Source: a virus
Lineage: Duplodnaviria > Caudoviricetes
Direction: 5' to 3' (one strand)
Length of the DNA stretch: 64,000 bases
Virus record (IMG/VR): IMGVR_UViG_2895548450_000001
Span: 1-64,000 of that record
Below the pieces are notes generated by a model. That model searched no databases. It was not told where the DNA came from and was given only the letters and a program-made list of their open reading frames with translations. Below are positions 9,646 through 19,900 of this stretch, piece after piece. Both the position numbers and the translations under genes were made by a program. Position 1 is the first letter of the stretch; each line of letters starts with the position of its first letter.

Positions 9646-12600
9646 TAGGAAGGTCTCCCTTCTACACTAATTAGACTTAACCGCTGACTATCTAAAAATT
9701 GCGTCATCAGTGCTCGACTCTGGTTTATAACTCTCAAGCGATACATGAAGGTACCTTGTGAGGTATTGGTATCGGTATAGGTGAACGAACCTCCTGAAAT
9801 TTCCAGAATCGTACACGTTGTTACGCCATTCTCGAAATCATCGAATTCGGTGTAGGTTACATTCCCTGTAAATGTTTGCCTTTGGAGTTCAGACCAGCCA
9901 CCCCCACCTAAACTACGCTCAAGAATAAGCGTGGCTTCGGGGACAAAAGTTGGGTTCGTCGGGCACGCGTTATTCTCAGTATACGTACCGCGCCATCCAA
10001 TACTGCAGTTAACCGTTTTAGGGTTACCGTTAGTTGTGAAAGGGCCAACTTCTATAGAAGGATTTAGGGTTAGTAATGTTGTGTCACCACCATTAATTAA
10101 TTCACCGGAGGTAATTGAGCCACCAAAATATTCATTACCATTCAGGTCGCGCCAACCCAGTGAAGCATTTTGCTTCGTTAGCGCGTTGTAGTTTGGTTCT
10201 GCCCCATTAAGGATTGGGGGGCCTTTCCATATCCAGAGATTGTCGGGGCCGAAACCCTCAGGGTCTTCAATCTCCATAACGAATTCAGTTATAGTAACTT
10301 TTCGCGTTGAAACTAACGTCCCTCTAACCTCAACGTCTGCGGTCATAACTAGCTTTTGAGACGATGAATCGTAGGTAAAGAAATCCTTTCCAGCTTTATT
10401 CGCGAACGTTAGGTTATCCATATAGAGCTTAATCGCGCTAACCCCACTCCCGCCTTTTATCTCTAGGCCCGTAAAGCTTTGTGTCTCATCAACTACCCCA
10501 AGCGTGAAGCTTGCCTCGAGTCCCCCAATAGCGTTCTCTAGCGCTTGCATATAGCTCACTACCGAGACGGAATCCCCTGCGGTGTTTACCACTTTTAATT
10601 CGTTGAAGGCTCGGGCCAGAGGAGCACCCATTATCCAATTACCGTTATCATCCTCGTAACCAATCTGAACAATATTGTTCTCGACAATCTGAGTCTGAAC
10701 GCTTTTATCCCCAACCTTCCCACGCAAAGCGATAACGTCTAGTTGCGTTATTTTGTTTGCATCATCGAGGGTTGACTGGGTAAGGATTAGGTTTTCGTAA
10801 GTTTCACCGAGGGCCGTGGTTCTCTCGTCCCAGACGGTCATATCTGCAAGCATCTGAGTGATACTATCGCTGAGTGATTTACCCCAGTCTGGGCCTTCGT
10901 GGTTAAGCACTTGGTCAATAATATCGCCAACGTCTACTTGGAAGGCTTCTGTTGCTATAACAACCTCATGAACCCACGCACCAAAACCCTCTTTTGACGC
11001 CAAGCGGTACCAGATATTGAATTCTTGCCCTTCCGAAGAGGAATAAAGCGTAATCGTGCTGCCGTTGGAGTAGTCCTTCGCCTCGGTGATCACGTTCTCA
11101 CCATGATATTTAAACTCATAGTAACTCGTGGTCTTATCTACCTTTGGTGGCGTAAGCGTAATAATGCCGCCTTCGTTGGTTATAGTAGGCTCTTCTGGTG
11201 GTGTTGGGGGCGCGGTAACCGTAAAGGTTAACGTTTTAGGCTTACCGTACTTAAGGGTATTGGTGAAACCTTTTACTTTTACGACATAGTTCTCTGCCGC
11301 TCGTAGGAATCCGAAAACTTGGCTACTGTCATAAATAGTGTAATGCGAGATAACGCTTCGGCCATCGGGCTTATACAGCGTCACTTCATACCCGTAGTTA
11401 TTGTCGTCCCACATTACCAAGTGTGGGTCCTCGTCTGAGAAAACGTACTGGTACGTTAAATTCTCTATCTCTGAAGCAGGGTTACTTACTTGATAAACTA
11501 AAGGGCTCTGGAATAGGTCTGGGTAAAAGTCCCCGACCAAATCAATAACCCTCGCCGTGATATACAAATCTGAAGGCAATTCCACATCATTCTCTGAAGC
11601 GGCAACTTCAAATTCGCTCTTTGGTATTATTAAAGAGGACCGAGCAGTTTTGGTAAGAAGGTGTACGCGGTTCTCAGGGTCAACATCGTCATATATTTTA
11701 AACTGAATACCCACGACGCCGTTTGTCTCAAGAAGGTTAACGCGATTAACTTGCGTAGACCCGAAATCAAACATTACGGTACTGTCTATCGTTAAGGCGT
11801 AGTTCTCATACTTAATAGCGATTTCAGGGACAATACCGGCGTCTCTAAGGTCATTGGCCGATACCATATTCGTAGACCACTCTAGCACTTCCCATGGGCT
11901 TGCGGTTTCACCGTGAGCGCTTCGAACCTCTATTTTGATATCCCCCAGTTTTACGTTCTGAATTTCAAAATAAAGGTTGTTCGTTTTGGTGGTGTACTCT
12001 CGGCCATTAACAGATTGTTCCGTGATACGCACTTCGAAATAACCGCCAGGGGGTAATGGGGCCTCTAGCTCCCACCCTATCCAAAGGTTTATTTGTTCAA
12101 TCCCGCGTACCTGAATATGCTCTTCATCAACGACCCGAAGGTTCTTAACCTTGCGAACTTGAGGGCGAAGAAGAAACGAGTATTTAGGAGCTTCCGAAAT
12201 AATTAGATTGTCAGCATCCCCATGTTTATTCAGGTTTACCTCTTGGCAAAAGAAATCGTAAAGCTCGGGGATACTATCATTTTCGTTAATGCTGATAATG
12301 CGCCATGGCTTAGGTAGGCCTACTAGCTGGCCGTTCCTAGAAGCGGAAACGACAACCGGTGCATATTTATTGAAAAGTGTAAGGTCCGGCATTGGCTGTT
12401 TTAGCTTTAACCTATAGATAGGTTTTGCAACTTCTGAAGAAAGTACATCCATCGTGAAGTCGAAGTTCTCAAACTTCCCCATCACCTTAACGTTGTAGGT
12501 ACCGGCCTCATCAAAATAAACAGGGTCTCGAAGTGTTACAGCTTTATTTTCTAGTTTTACCGCACGGCCTGAATAAGCATGACCTGTTTCAGGATCAACT

Positions 12601-14213
12601 ATATTGATGATATCCATAGGCTCGAACTCCATCCCCAATTGCGGAGCGGAGAACGAAACGGTTCTTACTTCTGTCGTCACCGAAGAGATATAAAACGTCA
12701 TACGGCGTTTTACTTCCCAGATATCCGTAGCCCCTTTAGCATCAAATTCATGTGTGTTTAGGCCGTATTTTAAAATAGACTCTTCATCACGAATCTCAGC
12801 GACGTATTGCTGTTGATAATCTAAAGATGCGTCAATATAGCTGGAAGTAACCGCATTGTGACGCTCGGATAAGGCCGAAAAGTTGTACGAGAAGGGCGAG
12901 GTACCTGTTTGGCTGAAACACATTTCAGGGGTTACCCACGCAACCGGTAAGTCGGGTAAATCAGCAATAAACTTTATTTCGCCCGTGTCTTGCTCTATTG
13001 GCCTAGCAAAAGCACTACCCAAAACATACCTAAGTACATCCCACCCATTTTGCGGGTCCGTTAGCACGGAATTAAAAGTATACCGTGGTGCGTTGTCTTG
13101 GCCAGTAATAGGATTGGTAAGATTCTTTTCATTAGTTTTTAAATCATAACCATCCGCATACTTAGCCATACGATAGACGTTATAGCGGTTTATCTTTACG
13201 CGGGGGTTAGCCTTTACGATCCCCCATATAGGGTTTGTAACCAGCTCGTGAGCTATCCAAAAAGGATTATCGGTAGTGTGTTTTTCGGCTTGAAACTGAC
13301 CATCCCACGCAGAGCTTTCTTCATACGTCTTGGTTTTAGGATCATAGTTAGAGGGTACCGCGCATTTTATACCGTCGTAGTTTGCGCTCACGGTGGGGAT
13401 TTTGGTGAGCTGCTGGCCCAATACCCCTACAACGTGCATCATGGCAAGCCCAGGGTGATATTCTAAGTCTGGGTCGTCATATTCAACACCATTTTCGGTG
13501 TAGGCATCCCCAGACTTAGTGAGCAATTCATAGCTGGTCCAAGCTACCTCGGCTACGTCTTCTTCGTTCGAATCTTCAGTTAAACGTGTGACTCGAATCT
13601 CGAACTGGTCTTCAGGCTTTGTGCGAGGGAATCGAATATTGTAAACCCTAACGAACGGGCTTACCGTGGTTTTACCCGTTATGGTTAGGTTCCTAGAAAG
13701 CCAAGCGCTATCTAAAAGGTTTTTATACTCAATAAGAAAACGCACGCTATGAGTCTTAGACCCATCATCGGTATATCTAACAAGCTGAGAAACGGTAAAG
13801 CGAAGCTCTATTTCATCAAAACCTGAAACAGTCTGCACCGTAGTTCGAGTAACCGGAGCCTGATAAGTAAGCAGAGCAGAAACAGATTGAATGACATTCT
13901 TTCCCCCAAGGCCAAACCAAATAGGCGTTTGTCCTTCTTCAGGGTCGTCTTTAGCAGATATCAATGTGCCTTGTTCGAAACGCAGCATTAAGCTGGCGTT
14001 ATCAAAGTTGGTTTCATTAATACTGTTAAAGACAGGGGTATCGTCTATAAAGATATTTTGAAGTTTTTCTTCTGGGGTATCCCCCACGACGCCGCCGATT
14101 GGCCCTTCGGAAATCCCGAGGACGAATTCAAATGCGTCGGTGGAAAATAAGTTGTCCGCAGCGTTAGAGGGTCCACCCCCACCACCACGGCCTTTAAATA
14201 CGCTTCGCGTCAC
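9645..14213 (-). CDS. Tail tip / host specificity protein J-like (central fibre)
   Basis: GISEGPIGG, TDNPFWIAHELVTNPIWG and PRYTFN are TipJ motifs; FN3-like middle; 1522 aa. Confidence 0.9.
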   Translation of the reverse strand: MTRSVFKGRGGGGGPSNAADNLFSTDAFEFVLGISEGPIGGVVGDTPEEKLQNIFIDDTPVFNSINETNFDNASLMLRFEQGTLISAKDDPEEGQTPIWFGLGGKNVIQSVSALLTYQAPVTRTTVQTVSGFDEIELRFTVSQLVRYTDDGSKTHSVRFLIEYKNLLDSAWLSRNLTITGKTTVSPFVRVYNIRFPRTKPEDQFEIRVTRLTEDSNEEDVAEVAWTSYELLTKSGDAYTENGVEYDDPDLEYHPGLAMMHVVGVLGQQLTKIPTVSANYDGIKCAVPSNYDPKTKTYEESSAWDGQFQAEKHTTDNPFWIAHELVTNPIWGIVKANPRVKINRYNVYRMAKYADGYDLKTNEKNLTNPITGQDNAPRYTFNSVLTDPQNGWDVLRYVLGSAFARPIEQDTGEIKFIADLPDLPVAWVTPEMCFSQTGTSPFSYNFSALSERHNAVTSSYIDASLDYQQQYVAEIRDEESILKYGLNTHEFDAKGATDIWEVKRRMTFYISSVTTEVRTVSFSAPQLGMEFEPMDIINIVDPETGHAYSGRAVKLENKAVTLRDPVYFDEAGTYNVKVMGKFENFDFTMDVLSSEVAKPIYRLKLKQPMPDLTLFNKYAPVVVSASRNGQLVGLPKPWRIISINENDSIPELYDFFCQEVNLNKHGDADNLIISEAPKYSFLLRPQVRKVKNLRVVDEEHIQVRGIEQINLWIGWELEAPLPPGGYFEVRITEQSVNGREYTTKTNNLYFEIQNVKLGDIKIEVRSAHGETASPWEVLEWSTNMVSANDLRDAGIVPEIAIKYENYALTIDSTVMFDFGSTQVNRVNLLETNGVVGIQFKIYDDVDPENRVHLLTKTARSSLIIPKSEFEVAASENDVELPSDLYITARVIDLVGDFYPDLFQSPLVYQVSNPASEIENLTYQYVFSDEDPHLVMWDDNNYGYEVTLYKPDGRSVISHYTIYDSSQVFGFLRAAENYVVKVKGFTNTLKYGKPKTLTFTVTAPPTPPEEPTITNEGGIITLTPPKVDKTTSYYEFKYHGENVITEAKDYSNGSTITLYSSSEGQEFNIWYRLASKEGFGAWVHEVVIATEAFQVDVGDIIDQVLNHEGPDWGKSLSDSITQMLADMTVWDERTTALGETYENLILTQSTLDDANKITQLDVIALRGKVGDKSVQTQIVENNIVQIGYEDDNGNWIMGAPLARAFNELKVVNTAGDSVSVVSYMQALENAIGGLEASFTLGVVDETQSFTGLEIKGGSGVSAIKLYMDNLTFANKAGKDFFTYDSSSQKLVMTADVEVRGTLVSTRKVTITEFVMEIEDPEGFGPDNLWIWKGPPILNGAEPNYNALTKQNASLGWRDLNGNEYFGGSITSGELINGGDTTLLTLNPSIEVGPFTTNGNPKTVNCSIGWRGTYTENNACPTNPTFVPEATLILERSLGGGGWSELQRQTFTGNVTYTEFDDFENGVTTCTILEISGGSFTYTDTNTSQGTFMYRLRVINQSRALMTQFLDSQRLSLISVEGRPS

Positions 14214-14245
14214 AAGAGCCCCAATATCGTCAATTTAACCAGATT

Positions 14246-15010
14246 TTAATTAATTTGTGTTTGTCTTATACCGTCGATTTCTCGACCCCAAGGACTCCAA
14301 GTGTTTTGGCCGACTTCTTGGGATTCACTATTGAAGAATAGAGTAGACCAAGAATCACGCTTGTTGTCACTAACTTCATCCCAAACAACATTGGTAAAGT
14401 TTCTAATATCCGCCGAGGAACGTCCAACACTTTCTATATTAAATTGAAATAAGTGGCCACCAAAGCGGTGTCGGCCAAAGATCATAGCTACGGGTGTGCC
14501 GGAACGTACAGTGTTGGGATACGAGGTTGCACTATTACTGCTTTCTTCTGAACTATCATTCTCGGGGGTGGGCATTAGTTCTTGGGCTAACCCCCCTACA
14601 ATAAGTGCAAAACCAATTTGAGCTAATACTAAATTTATACTCACCATCCCCGCCGAGGCTAAAGCCGTAAAACCCACCGCTACGGGAGGAAGAAACACCG
14701 CTACAGTGATTAACACTATCCCGACAACAACCTTAACCCAACCGTTAGAACCTCCGCTACCTTGAAAGCCTTTTAATGTCTGTAGGGTTTGTTTACGACG
14801 AAGTACCATAACACCATCTTGCACCGGCTCGTCTAAGTCTAACGTTGAATTTACCCCGTCAACCTCACAAACATAACGTACTTTAGCGGTTAGCGGATTG
14901 AACCCTTCCTGTAACTTTAGGGCTTCAAGCGCTTCTCTATAGTTGGCCGCGGCGGTCTTTACAGTCTTGGCTATTTTATTGCCAAAACCTACTAACTTAA
15001 TCGTTATCAT
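14246..15010 (-). CDS. Tail assembly protein I-like
   Basis: Ubiquitin-like N-terminus, hydrophobic middle, NTVRSGTPVAMIFGR motif; synteny. Confidence 0.8.
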   Translation of the reverse strand: MITIKLVGFGNKIAKTVKTAAANYREALEALKLQEGFNPLTAKVRYVCEVDGVNSTLDLDEPVQDGVMVLRRKQTLQTLKGFQGSGGSNGWVKVVVGIVLITVAVFLPPVAVGFTALASAGMVSINLVLAQIGFALIVGGLAQELMPTPENDSSEESSNSATSYPNTVRSGTPVAMIFGRHRFGGHLFQFNIESVGRSSADIRNFTNVVWDEVSDNKRDSWSTLFFNSESQEVGQNTWSPWGREIDGIRQTQIN

Positions 15011-15332
15011 GTGGGACTACCTCTTCTAATATTACACACTCCGATTTGACTGAAAACTTTACCGATTTGTGCTGGGAAACCACCCAATGATCCCACTCAG
15101 GGAGAGATAGAAAGGTATAGTAATCCGACAAACTAAGATTCGAAAAATCATTAGTGTGTGTATGCCATGACGCAACAGTGTCCGAGTAATACTTCTCAAA
15201 ATCAGACTCCGAGACTTCAAATTCTTCTTCGGGGGATTCAGCAATATTTTCTACTTCAACAACTTCCCCCGACTTGAGAATAAAGCCACAGCGTTCTTTT
15301 TCCGCGTTCCAAAAGTTACTCAACTGTCCCAT
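14997..15332 (-). CDS. JAB/MPN domain tail assembly protein (K N-terminal-like)
   Basis: ERCGFIL...WHTH...SLSD JAMM motif. Confidence 0.85.
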   Translation of the reverse strand: MGQLSNFWNAEKERCGFILKSGEVVEVENIAESPEEEFEVSESDFEKYYSDTVASWHTHTNDFSNLSLSDYYTFLSLPEWDHWVVSQHKSVKFSVKSECVILEEVVPHDND

Positions 15333-15813
15333 TCTTGGCCCCTCTAAGTTTGGCTCTAAGATGAATTGGTAAGCCTTTATGAAGGTTGTGCAACGTCATG
15401 GCCTCCGTGGTTTTCTCAACCTCGGGGTGTCTTACCACTCGGACAACCCTAATTCTCCACTTATCCGTGTAATCAACAATTTCACTCAAGCGGCCCTGTA
15501 AATGGTGGAGTATCTTTTGTCTCCCCACATAGATAGCAACATGATTGACGACTTGACTACCCGCAATACGCATCATTAACACATCCCCAAAACGAACCTT
15601 GTGTGGATTGTTATTTGTATCTTTGAAACCTTCTTTTTCAAATTTACTGGTGAAGAAATCTAAACTGGGGTCTTGTATCCAGTTATCCGGTCTCGCGTAG
15701 TTTGTGATCTCAATCTGGTAACGGGTCTTGTAGAAATCCCTGACCAACGAATAGCAATCCTGTATCCCTTGCTCGTAGTGGTGGTCACAAAAACTATTGA
15801 GTTCTTTAATCAT
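15316..15813 (-). CDS. NlpC/P60 tail assembly protein (K C-terminal-like)
   Basis: DCYSLVRDFY and NHVAIYVG...ILHH catalytic Cys/His motifs. Confidence 0.88.
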   Translation of the reverse strand: MIKELNSFCDHHYEQGIQDCYSLVRDFYKTRYQIEITNYARPDNWIQDPSLDFFTSKFEKEGFKDTNNNPHKVRFGDVLMMRIAGSQVVNHVAIYVGRQKILHHLQGRLSEIVDYTDKWRIRVVRVVRHPEVEKTTEAMTLHNLHKGLPIHLRAKLRGAKNGTVE

Positions 15814-16298
15814 ACAATTACCGTACTAAATTCAGGTTGCACATAGCGTCGAGGGGGGAACTTGGTTTTGTTCCCGTCGGAGAGCTTTCTTAACTGAAGG
15901 GTTAAAATAGAGGCACTAATATTACTGGCGTGAGAAACGTAAAAAACGTGCTTGGACGTTAGCGACCCGCCCTTTTCATGGGGTAGTGCTTTGTATCGAG
16001 TGACAATGGCGTCCTCTAACAGCCCTTGATTTAGATAATAGCTGTAGATACCCCCCTCGTTAGGGAGCGAAAGGCTCGGTCTGGTTTTCTCACCTGAAGA
16101 CTTGTTACCGATACCTGATATTTTAAACGGGGAGTGAGCCCAAGTGACGTCTTTCCAGTCGCGAGTTTCCCTATCCGTTAAGCGGATAATAACCGGTTGC
16201 CCGTCAGGGTCTTCAATAATAAGCTCTAGATAAGTGGTTAAGTCTTCAGGAGTCAGCGAGTGACGTTGGGACTGAATTTCTTGTGAAAGTTCTTTCAT
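15810..16298 (-). CDS. Minor tail protein L-like
   Basis: PFKISG...RPSLSLPN...FPPRRY pattern; synteny between M-like and K-like genes. Confidence 0.7.
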   Translation of the reverse strand: MKELSQEIQSQRHSLTPEDLTTYLELIIEDPDGQPVIIRLTDRETRDWKDVTWAHSPFKISGIGNKSSGEKTRPSLSLPNEGGIYSYYLNQGLLEDAIVTRYKALPHEKGGSLTSKHVFYVSHASNISASILTLQLRKLSDGNKTKFPPRRYVQPEFSTVIV

Positions 16299-16367
16299 CG
16301 TCAATTTCCCTCAATTTTCGCCTAGTATACCGAAAAGAGGAATAGATTGAATATTTTTCAATCGCCC

Positions 16368-16400
16368 AAAAACAGAACACCCCAGCAAGGCTGAGGCGTT
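16368..16400 (-). terminator. Intrinsic terminator of the candidate sRNA
   Basis: AACGCCUCAGC-CUU-GCUGGGGUGUU followed by CUGUUUUU; two G:U pairs form only on the minus strand. Confidence 0.7.
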
Positions 16401-16445
16401 GATTTGGAAATTGACGATAATTAGGAGCCACTTGGACTACTAACC
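16368..16445 (-). ncRNA. Candidate ~78-nt trans-acting antisense sRNA complementary to the shared translation-initiation motif
   Basis: Lies between a TTGACA-17-TAGTAT promoter and a terminator; contains GGCUCCUAAUUAUCGUCAAUUUCCAAAU, the reverse complement of the motif at ~40 gene starts. The 5' end is estimated. Confidence 0.7.
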
Positions 16446-16452
16446 GAGGCCA

Positions 16453-16481
16453 ATACTACGGCCTCACAATTTTATTGTCAA
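16453..16481 (-). promoter_or_regulatory. Near-consensus sigma70 promoter with AT-rich upstream element
   Basis: TTGACA (16481-16476), 17 nt, TAGTAT (16458-16453); almost pure A/T at 16482-16520; inverted repeat GAGGCC-N8-GGCCTC (16446-16465) spans the -10. Confidence 0.8.
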
Positions 16482-16518
16482 TAATATTGTTTAAATTAAT
16501 TAATAAATATTTTATTAA

Positions 16519-16905
16519 TTAAAGTGCTACTTCACGCAACATAACTTTAAACGGTTCAATTGCCCCGTCCCCCCCTGTAATACCTTGGGGTAGCTCAAGT
16601 GGCTGGTCAAACCGTACAACAACATTACCAAATTTATGATGCTGAAAGATAAACTCTTTCCACGTTTCGTGTCGTTGGTAAAACTCATCCAAATGATCAG
16701 CGCTATATCGTCTTTCTAAAGGACTAAGAAGCTGGGGGTTTTCAAAATACTTCATCACCGAATAATTTAAAGTAAATATCCGGCTTATTGGTGCGGTGGG
16801 CTTAGTTACATAATCCCACTGATTCCCCAACGACAAATGGGTGGAACGGTCTCGGTATCGGTGTGATACTTTGTGATAAATAAAATCAAATTGTTCGATA
16901 GACAT
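16519..16905 (-). CDS. Distal tail protein (lambda M-like)
   Basis: Immediately after tape measure; LDEFYQRHETWKEFIF pattern; 128 aa. Confidence 0.7.
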   Translation of the reverse strand: MSIEQFDFIYHKVSHRYRDRSTHLSLGNQWDYVTKPTAPISRIFTLNYSVMKYFENPQLLSPLERRYSADHLDEFYQRHETWKEFIFQHHKFGNVVVRFDQPLELPQGITGGDGAIEPFKVMLREVAL

Positions 16906-19900
16906 TATCTAGTCCTCATTGCTACAGATGCGATTAGTGACGCCAGTTCACCCTCTCTCGCGATATCATCACCAATTACCGCTTTAACATCATTTGGCCC
17001 CATCGGAGGTAACTGCTTCTCACTCACAACATACACATTTACGGTACCTGAATCTTCACTGTTCGTTGCTGCGGCTGCTTGGGCCGCGCTACTTGTCATC
17101 ATTTCTTTATCAGAAACACTATTAGGGTCTGCAGAATTGAGGGCCTTAACAGTCTCTAGACCAATAGCGTCAACGGCAGCTTTACGCAGAACGAATTCCC
17201 CTCGACTTACTTTGGCGTAAGTGGAATCACGGGTAGACATACCACTTGTGATTAATCCCCCAGTCTTATAGCTACCGGCTATTACTGGCCCCCCAGTAAA
17301 CATCCCTCCACCAAAGAAACCACCCATTCCGCCGCCCATTAAACCTAGACCCGAGAACAACGACATAATTAACTGATTAGCTAACGCTCGGGTGGCGATA
17401 TTGGCCATTTCCGTAAGAATACTTACCCCTAAGGCTCTAAACGCATCCTCAGACTCAGCGGCACCCGTTATAATATCTGCGAAGGTCGCTCCAAACGCGT
17501 CTCCCAGGCCCTGGGCTGCGCTTATCGCTTCGTTGGTCATTTGGGTTAACATATCAAAGTTTTCGTAACCCTTGTTAACCTCATCAACGACATAGGCCCC
17601 TGCGTTAGAGAGTTGCGAACCTAACGTTTTCCCGCCTTGGCCCCCATAGTTCTCATCGACCCCTTGTTCTCCTGTCGGAGAATATGACGTTCCATAAATA
17701 GCCGCTTGGGTTCTTCTAAACTCATCACTCTCGTAAACACTCTGGTTTATCCGGCGAACCGTATCCCCCATCTGGTCTCTGAATTCTATTAAGCCCCTAT
17801 CCGCTTCTTTTGTGGCTTGGGATAAATCTTTAAGGTCCCCATCCAGACTAATGTTTTGAGTCTCTAAGTCTTCAACCGACTTACGAGTTTTCGCTTTTGA
17901 ACGGCCATCTGTGAGCGCTTCGTTATCGATAATGGTTGTCTGAAGATATTCAGCAAAGTCCATTAACGATTCTTTCGCTTGCTTAACAGCCTGTTCTTCC
18001 AGCGCGAGAGCTTCTTTCTCAAGTTGTACCGCTTGGCTCTCTAACTCGTTGGCTATCCCTGCAGCACGTTCTCGGGTCTCATCGGTGTAACCGGTATTCG
18101 AAGCAATATTAAGGTAGCGCTGGGAGTCATAACGAATATCCCCTGCGTTGTTTCTAAGCGTCTCAGCGTTTTGTCTCGCTTTAGATAATTGGTTATTTAT
18201 CTCGGCCCGTTCCTCCCCTATTACATCCGAGAGTAAACGCGACAGCTCATCATCATCCCCTAGTAATTTGAAGTCTCTAACATCGAGGTCCTTTTGCTCA
18301 CCAATCGAACGTTCTAAACGGCTTCGCGCAAACGTCTTGGCTTGAATAGTGTCAAACTGTTGATTCCCCAGTGTTACGCGTGCATTTAACTCCCTATCTC
18401 GCTGGGCCACCGATACGGGGGAGTTCCCATCAATAGCCGCAAACAAGGTATCTTGCTCGTTGGCCACGCGCTCACGTTCGAGGTTTATTTCCTTAAGCTT
18501 AGCTTTTACTTCATCGGATTTATCGCGATCTGTAACTTGACGTAGTTGGTCGCGAAGCACATCGATTTCTTTATCTAACTCCGCCAGTCTCGCGGGGTAA
18601 TATAAGTTAGCGTCGGGTCTCGCATCTTTCGCAGCGGATTGTAGTGAACGTTCTAACTTGCCTCGGGCCTCCCCTGCCGCTTGGTAATAACCCTGTTCTT
18701 GCAAGACCAGTCGGGGGTTAGCAACGCCTTCAGCTTCTAATTCAGCTAAAGCGTTCTTCTCGTCTTCAAGTAACCCCTGTATTTGTTCTCGAACCAGTGT
18801 GTTTATATCTTTAAAGGTACCTAGATAATCGCTTGTCTCGTAGCTGGTGTTCTTTTCTGTGAGAGCATTTATTTCCTCACTCGTCTCAGCAATGTCGTTT
18901 AATAGTTCACGACGGTTCTTAAGAACAATCGCCGCGATTCGACGCTCTTCTTTCTTTAACTCAGGGTCTAACGAGTCATATTGCTCTTGGTTCTTCTCAA
19001 CTTGCAATAGAGTATTGGCGCGGTTCAACATTTCCGTAGCAAGGTTATTGATATACTCTTCGGCTTTATCCCTTGCCTCCCCCGATAAACCAAACTGTTC
19101 CATAAGGTTGTCAAGTTCTTGAGGGGATTGATTAAGAATGTTGAATAGCTGGCTTTGTAATTCCTGTGTTTGCGTGCGGGCCTCTTGTGCACGGCCAAAG
19201 GCCCCCGTTTCACTAGGCTTAATATTACGAATTAACTCGTTAATCCTTGCGAGGTCGTCGCCAAAGTTAGGTAGCGCGGTATCTATCAAGCTGCGATAAA
19301 CATTTCCTCGACTCGCGAACCGGCCACGAGAGGTTGCGGTCTTCCCGCTACCTACACTTACGTTAGGATTACCTTCATTCGCCAGAAGCTTACGCTCAGA
19401 TGAATCAAAGAAACCGATTGAAAACAACTCATCTAATTTAGCTTGTGAGTTATCTACGAAGTTATTTCGGTTCTGTGTTTGAAGATAGCCTACCCCGTCT
19501 CGAGTAGCGTCCTCAAACTCTTTCATCTTAGTAATAAGTTTGTCGTAGCTATCTATCGAATCATCGATATACAAGCCTTGTTGACGGAACTCATCATTAA
19601 GTCGACGTATCTCGCGCTGTAAGGATTTGTTATCGGTAAGATCATTTTGCTTTAAGATAAGGGTATCTATTGCGGAACCCACTTTCTTAAGCTGGTCCTC
19701 ATAAACCTTCGTTTCGGAAGAGCCACGGTTTAAAGCGGCTTGCGTGCTATCCACACGGTCGTTTGCACGGGCTCGGCCATCGAGGTACTGATAACCATAA
19801 ACCCCTGCGGTACCTACCGCAGTAGCAAGACCAACCCCAGGTATTGCTCGAGCTGCAAAACCGGCCGCAGTTCCTAAGCCTCTGCTCGAGGCAACCTTAG

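Noticed and set aside
16246-16431. 61-aa minus-strand ORF over the sRNA locus
   Set aside because: No SD, runs through the terminator and overlaps the L-like gene.
16432-16443. Plus-strand mini-ORF TTG-GAC-TAC-TAA after AGGAG
   Set aside because: Three codons, 4-nt SD spacing; promoter and G:U-dependent terminator both point to the minus strand.
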